Part shown: piece after piece, positions 27,862-37,625 of the stretch
Numbering within the stretch: position 1 is the first letter of the stretch
How the letters are laid out: the number at the start of each line of letters is the position of its first letter
The notes under the pieces: generated by a model
The model's database searches: none
What the model was told of the DNA's origin: nothing
What the model saw: the letters and a program-made list of their open reading frames with translations, nothing else
Program-made: the position numbers and the translations under genes
NCBI RefSeq assembly: GCF_009936135.1
Contig: NZ_CP047901.1
Location: 475,643 to 539,642 of the forward strand
Origin: Candidatus Chazhemtobacterium aquaticus
GTDB lineage: Bacteria > Patescibacteriota > Microgenomatia > UBA1400 > Chazhemtobacteraceae
Direction of reading: 5' to 3'
Length of the DNA stretch: 64,000 nt

Positions 27862-28525
27862 AACAATAAGAAATTTGCAAGGCGGAGATAACAACTTACC
27901 TGATGATTTGTACAAGCTGACAAGTCACTGGATCAAAGACGGAGATAGCATATTAAACTTAGGTTGTGGAAGCCAGTTCAATTTTGAAAAAATAATTTCA
28001 AAAGAAAAAGATGTTCAAATCACATCAATAGACATTGTCTCGACAAATAAACCATCATATGTCAATCGATTCGTTACTAAAGATGTAGAAAAACCATTTT
28101 CCCTAAACAAAAAGTACGATGTTGTTACTTTTTTTGAACTGATCGAACACATAGATAATACTGATGTTCTCTTAAGGAACTGCTATCGAAACCTTAAAAA
28201 TAATGGTCTACTTATTTTTTCCTTTCCTAATCTCGCCTCTTTGTATTCACGTATAGAATTATTACTCGGTTACCAACCCCATATTCTTGAGATAAGCAAT
28301 GAAAAAGCCAATCTTGGTACCGGTATTTTTGGAAGAATTAATAATCCCGACGACAATCCAATACATCACATAAGAGGGATTACACACAATGCGATGAAAG
28401 ATATGGTGCATTTTCACAAATTTAAAATATTAAGCATGATAGGTTATGAGTATCGGTTAGGGAAAATATTCAAACACTTTCCGTCCCTGGCTCCTGTCAA
28501 TATTTTTATTCTTAAGAAATTATAA
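27854..28525 (+). CDS. class I SAM-dependent methyltransferase
   Basis: 'ILNLGCG', 'YDVVTFFELIEH' and 'LKNNGLLIFSFPN'. Confidence 0.85.
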   Translation: MSKTIRNLQGGDNNLPDDLYKLTSHWIKDGDSILNLGCGSQFNFEKIISKEKDVQITSIDIVSTNKPSYVNRFVTKDVEKPFSLNKKYDVVTFFELIEHIDNTDVLLRNCYRNLKNNGLLIFSFPNLASLYSRIELLLGYQPHILEISNEKANLGTGIFGRINNPDDNPIHHIRGITHNAMKDMVHFHKFKILSMIGYEYRLGKIFKHFPSLAPVNIFILKKL

Positions 28526-28627
28526 ATATTTATCGTCAGAATAGCGAAATAAACATGTCCGTACTCTGGTTAATTAAGAACTCGATCAAGCTAGACTTGC
28601 TATTTATCAAAATAAGCAAATAACCAT

Positions 28628-31600
28628 ATGGTCCAACCTTTAATAATTTTCTTTTCAATATTTCCTTTTTTCAAATTGTTAAACCTGGATGGTTTGATAG
28701 CCAATGTTGACTTCACCCAATTTTTTTTATTAAACACCAATTTTCTGGATCTATACCCATACGTTTGGAAGGATTACTTGTCTGGAATATTCAACTCAAT
28801 CTATATCATCAATTGGTCGTCTTTGGTCATCATATCTGCGGCATTGAAAGCAATAGGACTAAATACAGAAATGATTAACAGAGTATGGTTGGTTACTCCC
28901 TTCATACTATTCAATCTGTCAGTTTTTTATTTCATCAACAAACATTTTAAAAAATTTGGTTTCAACCGAAGGGATGTTCTTTTAATCGTTATGTTTACAG
29001 CCTACTCGTCTCCCACTGTCAACTTCCTTTCCTTTGGTTGGCAACAAATATATTTTTTACCTGCAGCTGCAACAATAATGTTGCTGGATAGTCTGATCAG
29101 TTTTTCTAAAAGTCTAGAAAAAAAATACCTGTTTGTCGCCGGAATACTATCAATATTCTCTGCACAACTTATGCACTTGTTTATCTTTGCTAACATCTGC
29201 TTCTTCTTGTATTTAGTCATCCTCGACAAACACCCAAAATACACCAAAATTAAGACTCTAGGTCATTGGTCATTTACCGCAATTTTCATCAATCTCTGGT
29301 GGGTTCTTCCGCTCATCGGCAATTTTGTTTTCAGTGAAATCGTCAATTATCGATACGATCCAATCACAGACCTGAACAATATAAAGAACATGGTCTCGTT
29401 CCAAGATGTCATTTTTCTTAACTCGGTCCACGGAACAACAACAGTACAGCAACACACTACCAGCAAAGTTAATCTAATAATCAGGACATCGTATTTTCTG
29501 GCATTTACCATCGGCTATCTCAAAGCAATCAAGACAAAAAAAACAAGAAAGATCAGTCTTACCCTGGGAGTTGCATTATTAGTCGTAATTTTTTTTAGCG
29601 CAGGCGCCCACCAACCCTTTGGATCACTATTTGTATGGGCATTTAAGAACATACCAATGTTTTACATGTTTAGAGATGTATCAAAATTTGGAATCTTTAT
29701 TGTGTTTATATACGGCATATTTATTACCTACCTCATTAAAACCAGAGAGAAACGTAAACGAAATATCGTCCATGTTGGCCTTTTGTTTTTAATTGCCATT
29801 ACATCGTTTCCGATGATCACCGGTAATTTGGGCGGCGATTTTCAAACCCTTGAATTGCCGGATGAATATCTTTCGACAAACATCTTAATTAACAAAGAAG
29901 AATTGGATGCGAAGCTGCTGGCCTTACCAATGCCAAGATGGACCTCTAAGTTTACCTGGATGGATGACGAGGAAAAAGGCTCACAAATATACAACCCGCT
30001 TTATACCATAACTAGCAATCCCATTATCTTTGACGAATTAAATAATACGGGATTAATACCACTACACACTGCAGCTCTTAATTCTATATGTGCGCAACAA
30101 AATAACGAAAATATATTTCTGTCACTTCTAAACATCAAGTACATCATTTTTCAAAAAGATCAACTAAACGAACCTCTTGGTTTTTGTCCTAACGAGCAGA
30201 TGCTCAAAAACGTCGACAAATTATTTACTAAGGTACGAGAGGCAGAATACATAAATCTATATCAGATTGCCGAGGACGAGTATTTACCGCACTTTTACAT
30301 TCCGGTTGAAACGGTTTATTCCACCAGTGAACTAGCATCAATATCAGAAATTCAACGACTTAATGACTACCAAACGCGAACAGCCTTTTTCTTTAAATCA
30401 AACGAAAGCACAGATAATAAGGTTATATCGCCAGACAAAACTGATTCTGTAGTCATAGAGGGGGTATTACTCGAACCCGCCAAGGATGCAATCGATGTCG
30501 AGGAAATCGCCAAAACAGAAATATTCTACCCACATGTAAAAAATAAGCCATCAAGTCCTAGATGGCACGTCGGCTTCATAAAAGAAAGATATGAACTGAG
30601 CAATATAAAAGACGTTAATAGCAAATTAGAAAAGAAACTTTTTTTTGCAAACAAACGCATAAGTGAGATTCAAAAATGGGGCAATATTTCTGTTGAAAAA
30701 TCACGGCCGTTATTCCGCGTATTTGGCCTTAAAGAACTGGAGAACCTACTTGATTTATGGCAATCACAAGTCCAACAATCAATAGATCTAGTCATTCAGG
30801 ATGAAGATAAGGGTAGAAAAGCAACGTTAGCAAAATTAATCAAAGAAAATTACTCTGATAATCTCAAGAAGCTGGCAGAACTTGGCCTCTCAGAATTGTC
30901 CACAGCGTCAATCAAGTCAGATTTTGATAGACAACTAAGTGTGTATCTACCAGAAACCGCAGTCGATCAGAAGTCATATCGACTTAATACCCCCATATCC
31001 GGAGAGTACTCTATATATCTTGAAACATTGAAAGACAAACCATACGCCTCTTTCATAAAAGAGATCTTGATTGATGATACAAAAATCGACATCAATCTTG
31101 TTGACAGCCCTGATCAGGATTACCAACATCTTGGAGAGGAGTATCTTGATTCAGGTGAACATACAATCACCCTCAAATTCAATAATGAAATTAACCTGTT
31201 GCCCGCAGAAAGGCAGCCTATCAATCTTGGCAACAAAAATAGGTTTAATTACCAAACCATTACGGATTGGTTACCAAACCAGTGGTACCAAGTGTCGGGC
31301 AACTACGAACTCAATAATGGCGGAGTCGAGCTTGCGATTGAAGAAGAAGTCTTAAAGAGCGACATCGACAAAGAGAGAGACAATGAGTCCACAAGTCAAA
31401 TAACGAAAAAGGTCGGCATCCCTCCTGGACAAGGCACGTTCAAGTATTACGTCAAATCGGGAAATGATCCAATATCAGGGGGTTTATCTATAGAAGTCGA
31501 CCTCAATGCCTCGGCGACAATAAATGATTTATCAGTAACTCCAATTTACGAACCCAAATTCATAATTAGGAGTCGGATGAACGAAAAGCCTAACAAGTCA

Positions 31601-32113
31601 AAACCGGTCATCGCCTTCCAGAGAATTAACCCAACAAAATATCGAGTTGAAGTAAGAAACGCCACCGAACCCTATCTTCTAGTATTTAGTGAAAACTATA
31701 ACAGAGGATGGAACGTTTTCAAGAAAGACGACGGCAACAATACCTCAATATCATTTTCTAAAGTTGTTGGTGATTTAGTTAGCGTCTTCCTTCACCGTCA
31801 TCCAGTAAAAGAAGTAGTTACAAGTTACTTCGATGGTGATATCAATGAATATAAGCACAGGACCACATTTCTTGAACCAGACACTTTTGAGACATGGGAT
31901 AAAAAACCCATTGCAACAGACCAACATTACCTAGCCAACAGCTATGCCAATTCATGGTACATATCACCTGACATGGTTGGAGGAGACACCGAATATGAGC
32001 TAATCATTGAATTTATCCCCCAAAGACTACTCTACATCGGTATCTTTATATCTGTAATATTCATATTGATTTTCATAATCTACATCGCTTTTCAGAAACT
32101 AATCAAAAAATAA
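28628..32113 (+). CDS. large GT-C-like (YfhO/AftD-like) membrane protein with a large extracytoplasmic region
   Basis: About 12 N-terminal TMs ('WWVLP', 'MFRD.SKF'), then 'LNIKYII', 'INPTKYRV...LLVFSENYNRGW' and 'ANSYANSW', and a C-terminal TM. Confidence 0.72.
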   Translation: MVQPLIIFFSIFPFFKLLNLDGLIANVDFTQFFLLNTNFLDLYPYVWKDYLSGIFNSIYIINWSSLVIISAALKAIGLNTEMINRVWLVTPFILFNLSVFYFINKHFKKFGFNRRDVLLIVMFTAYSSPTVNFLSFGWQQIYFLPAAATIMLLDSLISFSKSLEKKYLFVAGILSIFSAQLMHLFIFANICFFLYLVILDKHPKYTKIKTLGHWSFTAIFINLWWVLPLIGNFVFSEIVNYRYDPITDLNNIKNMVSFQDVIFLNSVHGTTTVQQHTTSKVNLIIRTSYFLAFTIGYLKAIKTKKTRKISLTLGVALLVVIFFSAGAHQPFGSLFVWAFKNIPMFYMFRDVSKFGIFIVFIYGIFITYLIKTREKRKRNIVHVGLLFLIAITSFPMITGNLGGDFQTLELPDEYLSTNILINKEELDAKLLALPMPRWTSKFTWMDDEEKGSQIYNPLYTITSNPIIFDELNNTGLIPLHTAALNSICAQQNNENIFLSLLNIKYIIFQKDQLNEPLGFCPNEQMLKNVDKLFTKVREAEYINLYQIAEDEYLPHFYIPVETVYSTSELASISEIQRLNDYQTRTAFFFKSNESTDNKVISPDKTDSVVIEGVLLEPAKDAIDVEEIAKTEIFYPHVKNKPSSPRWHVGFIKERYELSNIKDVNSKLEKKLFFANKRISEIQKWGNISVEKSRPLFRVFGLKELENLLDLWQSQVQQSIDLVIQDEDKGRKATLAKLIKENYSDNLKKLAELGLSELSTASIKSDFDRQLSVYLPETAVDQKSYRLNTPISGEYSIYLETLKDKPYASFIKEILIDDTKIDINLVDSPDQDYQHLGEEYLDSGEHTITLKFNNEINLLPAERQPINLGNKNRFNYQTITDWLPNQWYQVSGNYELNNGGVELAIEEEVLKSDIDKERDNESTSQITKKVGIPPGQGTFKYYVKSGNDPISGGLSIEVDLNASATINDLSVTPIYEPKFIIRSRMNEKPNKSKPVIAFQRINPTKYRVEVRNATEPYLLVFSENYNRGWNVFKKDDGNNTSISFSKVVGDLVSVFLHRHPVKEVVTSYFDGDINEYKHRTTFLEPDTFETWDKKPIATDQHYLANSYANSWYISPDMVGGDTEYELIIEFIPQRLLYIGIFISVIFILIFIIYIAFQKLIKK

Positions 32114-32125
32114 ACAATTCAAATC

Positions 32126-33205
32126 ATGGCTAAACTCAAATCAGTATTTCCTCAACAACTCAAGAAATTGATATTAGTGCTGTTTATCTTAGGTTTTATC
32201 TATGACGTAGTCCTTCCCCTGCCAGTATCAGATTTATCGCTCCTGATCATAATAGCTTTGCTTGTTGGATCCGTCATTATGTGGAATATTGACGGAATGG
32301 TTTTAATCAAACACTCCGTCTGGCTAGCAATCCTTTGCTCAATATTTGCGATCCTAGAATATAACCGTATCTCGGAAAGACTAGCCATATGGTGGTATAT
32401 CTTTTTCACTGTTGGTGCTTTACATTTAACAGTCACCTATCGGCTAAAACCAGGCAAAAAATACTTGGATTCCAAACAACTAATTCAAGAAATCCTTCGT
32501 TCATATTCTCCCATTATTAAACTCAAACTTTCCGCCGTTAAATTAGCCCACCTTACCATTCCTGTCATCACCTTCACTCTCGAAGAAGTTAAAATTACCA
32601 ATCTTGTTCCGGCAATTCTTAACCTCACCAAGACATGCTCTGTTTTCCTTAGCTTATATCTAGTTTATTCTCTAGTATCCAATACCCTAAGCACCATAGA
32701 GGTATATCAAAGTTTTTACCCTTCAAACTCATTAAACTACTTTATCCAACAAACCGGACAATATGCAGCCATATCTTTATTAATTGGTATAGTAATCGGT
32801 CTTGGCCTATTTTTTGTTATCAAAAATCGCCGGACCCTAGCTTTCATCGTCACCCCCGCCTTATTGTTCTCTCTGTTTTTGATAACCAATTATGTTTACG
32901 TCCACACCACCCAGTTTCAGTACGATATCCGTCTTTGGTCAGTTAGCCCGAAAAAAGCCACGCTTTGGGATGAAATTAAACTATCTGGTCGCAATTTCCG
33001 TGACCTACCCTTTAAGGGCAAAGTCTATATTGATGGCGTTGAACACGCGATTACCTCCTGGACCGATAAGCAGATCGTTATTCAAGCCGACCCCACCAAG
33101 ACCAGCAGCGGAGAAATTAAGGTTATCGATTATTATGGCAAAGAGAGTGTAAACACTCTCCCAATAGAGTATTATGACTTTGAAACCAAAGAATTAATTG
33201 AATGA
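32126..33205 (+). CDS. multi-TM membrane protein with a C-terminal IPT/TIG-like domain
   Basis: Hydrophobic N-terminal two-thirds, then 'VSPKKA...IKLSGRNF...KVYIDG...SWTDKQI...SGEIKV'. Confidence 0.7.
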   Translation: MAKLKSVFPQQLKKLILVLFILGFIYDVVLPLPVSDLSLLIIIALLVGSVIMWNIDGMVLIKHSVWLAILCSIFAILEYNRISERLAIWWYIFFTVGALHLTVTYRLKPGKKYLDSKQLIQEILRSYSPIIKLKLSAVKLAHLTIPVITFTLEEVKITNLVPAILNLTKTCSVFLSLYLVYSLVSNTLSTIEVYQSFYPSNSLNYFIQQTGQYAAISLLIGIVIGLGLFFVIKNRRTLAFIVTPALLFSLFLITNYVYVHTTQFQYDIRLWSVSPKKATLWDEIKLSGRNFRDLPFKGKVYIDGVEHAITSWTDKQIVIQADPTKTSSGEIKVIDYYGKESVNTLPIEYYDFETKELIE

Positions 33206-34581
33206 AGATAAACAAAGTCATCCTCCCCCTCATCCTGATTCTTTTTGCTCCTACTCTATTTAATTTTTTCTCTGCCGATGACTGGTTTCATCTGCGTTTA
33301 GCACAGATTAGTAGTATTACTGAGTTTCTCAGCTTCTTTTCATTCTCTGCCACTGCTCAGTCTGCTTCTTTCTATCGTCCTCTTTCCACCCAGGTCTTCT
33401 TCTTTATTTTCCATTCTCTCTTTGGTTTTAATACCTTCTTTTACTATCTCTTCGGGCTTCTTCTCTTTGTCCTTATACTCTTCCAGTTAAAAAACCTCGT
33501 TTCATCATTGTTTCCCAAAATTTCTCCAATCACAGCTCTTGTTGTTTATGGTTTCTCAGTTACTAACTTCACCAGGCTTTATTTCCTCTCCGCCTATCAA
33601 GAACTCTTCATGGTTCTTTTCGCCCTGCTGGCTCTTAACGCTCACCTTCGCTCTCAAGGAAAGAAAACCTTATTGTTCTTCATTCTCGCCTTGTTAAGTA
33701 AAGAGACTGCCGTAGTCATACCCGGTCTCATCCTCCTTATAGATCTCTATCAGGGCAAATTAAAGTTAAGCAAATACCTACCCATCTTCTTACTTACTAC
33801 TGTCTATCTATATCTTCGTCTTTTCCATTTTGGCTTGGCAGAAGGGGATACGTACATCTGGGACTTTTCACCCAAAATGGCTCTTAATACCCTAATGTGG
33901 TATACCCTTTGGTCTTTTGGTGCACCTGAGCTTTTAGTTGATTACATAGGTGGGGGACTAAGACCCATTCCTCGTTTCTACACCGACTATCCTTTCTTCT
34001 CTTACTTCATTCTTTTCTTTTTGTTAATTCTTCTTGGGTCTTTCACCTTTCTTATATTCCGCTCTCTAAAGAAAAACCTGCGTCAATATCTTTTTACTGG
34101 CCTGTTCTTTGTTGTCCCTCTCCTTCCCGTTCTCTTTCTTCCTCACCACAAGTTTACCCTTGAGTTAGGTCTGCCTTTAGTTGGTTTTTCTCTTCTTTTT
34201 GCTTTAGTTGCTGATTCAGCTAAGGGTAAATGGGGGACTCTCCTACTTGGCTTGTTTTTAATTCTTAATCTCTCCATGAACTATCTCACCTATACCCGTC
34301 ACTACTCGGTCAATCGCTCTCGCTTATCTCATCGACTCTATGACTATCTCACCACCCAATATCCTCAGTATCCATCCAATCCCCTTTATTTCACCGATCC
34401 GGAAAATGCTGGCCGATTTGAAGATTACGCCAAGCAGCTCTCTCTTGCTACCTCTAGGGCTGATATGTTCCAGGTCATCTACAATGATCCTAATCTGGTT
34501 GTTTACTATGATGGGGTCAACCAGCCGCCAGAAGACCAGCCAGTTATTAAGATCAAAGCTCAAGACTTCTTTACCCGATGA
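33202..34581 (+). CDS. GT-C-fold membrane glycosyltransferase
   Basis: 'FFSADDWFHL', 'FYRPL' and 'ALLSKETA', with about 11 TM. Confidence 0.75.
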   Translation: MKINKVILPLILILFAPTLFNFFSADDWFHLRLAQISSITEFLSFFSFSATAQSASFYRPLSTQVFFFIFHSLFGFNTFFYYLFGLLLFVLILFQLKNLVSSLFPKISPITALVVYGFSVTNFTRLYFLSAYQELFMVLFALLALNAHLRSQGKKTLLFFILALLSKETAVVIPGLILLIDLYQGKLKLSKYLPIFLLTTVYLYLRLFHFGLAEGDTYIWDFSPKMALNTLMWYTLWSFGAPELLVDYIGGGLRPIPRFYTDYPFFSYFILFFLLILLGSFTFLIFRSLKKNLRQYLFTGLFFVVPLLPVLFLPHHKFTLELGLPLVGFSLLFALVADSAKGKWGTLLLGLFLILNLSMNYLTYTRHYSVNRSRLSHRLYDYLTTQYPQYPSNPLYFTDPENAGRFEDYAKQLSLATSRADMFQVIYNDPNLVVYYDGVNQPPEDQPVIKIKAQDFFTR

Positions 34582-36203
34582 AACTTAAAAAAACTCACCT
34601 TATTTTACTTGTCATTCTTGTCGTCTCCTTCTTTCTTCGTTTTTATCGTTTAGATCAAAACCTGCCAGAGATTTATGCCGATGAAACAGGACACTATATC
34701 CTTCTTCACCAGCCATCTCTCTACCATCGTATTTTTTCATTTACATGGTTCCTAGGTCTTAATCCTTTAGGAGTCAGAGCGGCTGCAGCATTTTATAGCT
34801 CACTCATCTCTCTGGCCATCTTTTTGCTTGCTAGCCGTCTTTCAAAAAATCAAGCGGTTCCCTTTGTTGCCGCGATCATAAGTGTATTTCTACCCTGGAC
34901 CTTTCTCATTGGCCGTATTGGTCACAGCCACATTCCCTTATTGGTCATCACCAGCACCCTCTCTGCTTACTTTTTCCTAAGCAAGTCAAAATCAAGTTAC
35001 CTCCTTTCTCTTTTGTTCCTCCTAGTCTCTGCTTACCTTTACCAATCAGCCCTTGTTATTGCCCCCTTTGTCTTTCTGCTTACTGGTTATTACCTGTATC
35101 GCTCCCTTAAACCTAAACAACGCCGCCTTGGTCTTTTGGCCGTTGCTATTTCCTTTTTGGTTGTTGGTGTCTTGTTCGTTACTCGTTTTCAAGGACTCTC
35201 TTTATCAGGCCGAGGTCTTGATCTGGCCATCTGGCGTGATCCTAATACTACTCACTTTAGTGATAAGTATCGCGCCCTTTCTTGGGTATCCAAGCCAAGC
35301 TTGTTTAGTTTTTGGTTACCTACTGAAACATTAGCCGCTCCTTTAGTTTACAACCGCTTGACTGCCAACCTCTCCATTTTTACTCGCAACTATCTCTCTT
35401 TCTTTTCTCCCGACTTCCTTTTCTTAAAAGGTGATCCGATCCTGCGTCACTCCACCGGCCAGTTTGGCGTCTTCTATCCCTTTCTCTTACCCCTCATTCT
35501 CTATGGTGCATATCGCTTCTTCTTGACTGCCCCACCCAAAGCTCGTCACCTTTTCTTAGTTTGGATTCTTGCCTCCCCGCTACCTGCCGCCATCACTAAG
35601 GATGGCTCTGGCTACCTGCTTCGTGTCATCACTCTACTTCCTTTCCTTACTTACTTTGCTGCTCTTGGTATCACCGACTCCCTATCTTGGTTTAAAACGA
35701 AATGGTTAAGACTTTTGTATGTCTTAGGTCTTTCTCTAGTTGGCATCTATTCCGCTTATGCCTTTTTCTTCTCATATTTCCACGTCTATCCATATCAGCT
35801 TGAGACCGCCAGAAGTTATGAGTATGGCTTTAAAGCCCTTTCTGACTTTCAAGTAGAGAATGACGGAGCTTCTCTTCTGATTGTTTGGGATGGTCACTAT
35901 CCTCAGTACCACTTCTATTTCTGGCAAAAGTTACCAGAGTCAGATTACCGAGAGTTAGTGTTTGAAGATATTGTAGTGGGGGAGTCCCACTTCTATCACC
36001 CCGCCCCCAATCTCTACTTTGTTAATCCCTACACCACCAGTGATGTACTTGAGTTTATTGATATGCACCAACCTAATTATCTGGTTCTACCAGATCGTTA
36101 CTTCGTTAAATATCCAACAGATCTAGTCCCAGAGGATGAGCAGCCGGTCAAGCAGATTCTCTATCCCACTGGTGAGGTTGCCTTCTCTATCTACTCTCTC
36201 TAG
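34578..36203 (+). CDS. ArnT/PMT-like GT-C glycosyltransferase (paralog 5, shortened first loop)
   Basis: 'PEIYADE', 'PW...GR', 'YNR...NYLSFFSPDFLF.KGD..LRH', 'YEYG' and 'ILYPTG'. Confidence 0.8.
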   Translation: MKLKKTHLILLVILVVSFFLRFYRLDQNLPEIYADETGHYILLHQPSLYHRIFSFTWFLGLNPLGVRAAAAFYSSLISLAIFLLASRLSKNQAVPFVAAIISVFLPWTFLIGRIGHSHIPLLVITSTLSAYFFLSKSKSSYLLSLLFLLVSAYLYQSALVIAPFVFLLTGYYLYRSLKPKQRRLGLLAVAISFLVVGVLFVTRFQGLSLSGRGLDLAIWRDPNTTHFSDKYRALSWVSKPSLFSFWLPTETLAAPLVYNRLTANLSIFTRNYLSFFSPDFLFLKGDPILRHSTGQFGVFYPFLLPLILYGAYRFFLTAPPKARHLFLVWILASPLPAAITKDGSGYLLRVITLLPFLTYFAALGITDSLSWFKTKWLRLLYVLGLSLVGIYSAYAFFFSYFHVYPYQLETARSYEYGFKALSDFQVENDGASLLIVWDGHYPQYHFYFWQKLPESDYRELVFEDIVVGESHFYHPAPNLYFVNPYTTSDVLEFIDMHQPNYLVLPDRYFVKYPTDLVPEDEQPVKQILYPTGEVAFSIYSL

Positions 36204-36233
36204 ACAGAAAGAGGCAATACCATCAAGGACTTT

Positions 36234-36935
36234 CTAGTTACCCTTACGCCCCGTTTTTCTTAAAAGTAACAGTGAAATGGTTTCTTCTCGCAATTTCGCT
36301 CTTGCCCAATCTTTTCTTCCTTCGCTTAATAACTCTCCCACCCCGTCCAAAATCTTCCGTGCACTCAGCTTTTCCAACTTGTTAACACACTCGTCTATCA
36401 CTTTATCAAAGGGCATCCCCGCTCTTTGTTCGACGATATCTTGATTAATCGGAAACCTGTTCTCAAGGAAAAACCAAACATCATAAATATCTCTACTTGT
36501 TTTGCCGATCCTTTCATACATCGCCATCAGTTTATGGGCAAACATGTCCTCAGGAACCATTACCAACATCGACACTCCCAAGTACGTTTTTACCTCATAT
36601 CTCGACCCAAACTGTATCTTGTTAATCTCAATCTTAATATTATGTGCCCTGTCTTCGTAGGAGAGTAGGCAAAAAAGATTATGCCGCTTCATATGCGAAT
36701 CCTTCAACTTGCCGTGTCTCTGTACTATTTCCACCACTTTTTCAAAAACCTCTTTCTCGTTACTGTCATCAAGTAGATCAAAATCCAAATCAACCGAAAA
36801 ACGGTCCAACCCGTGGTACATCATTGCCGCCGTTCCTCCTTTAAAACCCAAGTAAGGGGAGACATTAGTATCCGAATAGATATCTTTCAAGATTTGAAAC
36901 AATATCGTCTTGTGTAAGGTCTTATCTAATGTCAT
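36234..36935 (-). CDS. abiEii: AbiEii-family nucleotidyltransferase toxin (type IV TA)
   Basis: 'FKGGTA...GLDRFSVDLDF' and 'HKLMA...R...RDIYD'. Confidence 0.88.
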   Translation of the reverse strand: MTLDKTLHKTILFQILKDIYSDTNVSPYLGFKGGTAAMMYHGLDRFSVDLDFDLLDDSNEKEVFEKVVEIVQRHGKLKDSHMKRHNLFCLLSYEDRAHNIKIEINKIQFGSRYEVKTYLGVSMLVMVPEDMFAHKLMAMYERIGKTSRDIYDVWFFLENRFPINQDIVEQRAGMPFDKVIDECVNKLEKLSARKILDGVGELLSEGRKDWARAKLREETISLLLLRKTGRKGN

Positions 36936-37522
36936 TGTACACCTTGATCTTTAGTCTCCTTGCGTATTTGCCTTACCTTCTTAGTCAATCTTTTATTGTC
37001 ATAGATTGGCAGTAAAGACTCGACTGTATCCCAGTTAACCGACCTTAAGTTATCAAAGTGATAATCTGTCTTGCTATACAACACGTCTAAAAAAGCTCGT
37101 TCTCGGCTGGCTATCCACAGATTTTCTTGTTGCATAACCCCATCTGTATTAGTCAAGACCGAATCCTTTATCTTTCGATATTCATATTTCTGGCCGTCCA
37201 TCACAATCTCCCTAGTTAGGTATGACGCTACTGTAATTGAGTCCTGATACTGAAAAATCAAGCCCTCCCTAGCCAATACCGTTTCAAAGCTTACATACGC
37301 AGGTGTAAACACTCTCACCGCCAGCTCCAACTTGTCATAGTTTTTATCTTTGACATACACCCCTCTGCGAACCCTATGCAGACTACCACTCCTTACGTAA
37401 TAGTTTAACCTCGCCCTGATCGAATCGTCATCACCCTCTTGCCACAAAAGCGCCACGTCCTTAAGTGTGAACACTGTTTTTTCAGATCTTAAGATACTAT
37501 CCAGATACTCACCTTTATTCAT
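36932..37522 (-). CDS. abiEi: AbiEi-family antitoxin (wHTH + AbiEi C-terminal domain)
   Basis: 'VFTLKD', 'LHRVRRGVY', 'PAYVSFETVL..EGLI.Q' and 'IASRERAFLD'. It overlaps the toxin gene by 4 nt. Confidence 0.85.
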   Translation of the reverse strand: MNKGEYLDSILRSEKTVFTLKDVALLWQEGDDDSIRARLNYYVRSGSLHRVRRGVYVKDKNYDKLELAVRVFTPAYVSFETVLAREGLIFQYQDSITVASYLTREIVMDGQKYEYRKIKDSVLTNTDGVMQQENLWIASRERAFLDVLYSKTDYHFDNLRSVNWDTVESLLPIYDNKRLTKKVRQIRKETKDQGVQ

Positions 37523-37525
37523 TAT

Positions 37526-37593
37526 TTAAACTAAATGTTAGGTTTAATACAACTTATGGTTCAAATATAGACTAAATAAAACAATTCTGTCAA
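37526..37593 (-). promoter_or_regulatory. abiE promoter with a putative operator
   Basis: Minus-strand TTGACA (37593-37588) is followed by N18 and TATATT. An imperfect inverted repeat TTAAAC...GTTTAA lies at 37526-37547, just upstream of the ATG. Confidence 0.5.
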
Positions 37594-37625
37594 GCGAATG
37601 TTAAGCTCACACACTTGTCTAAATA

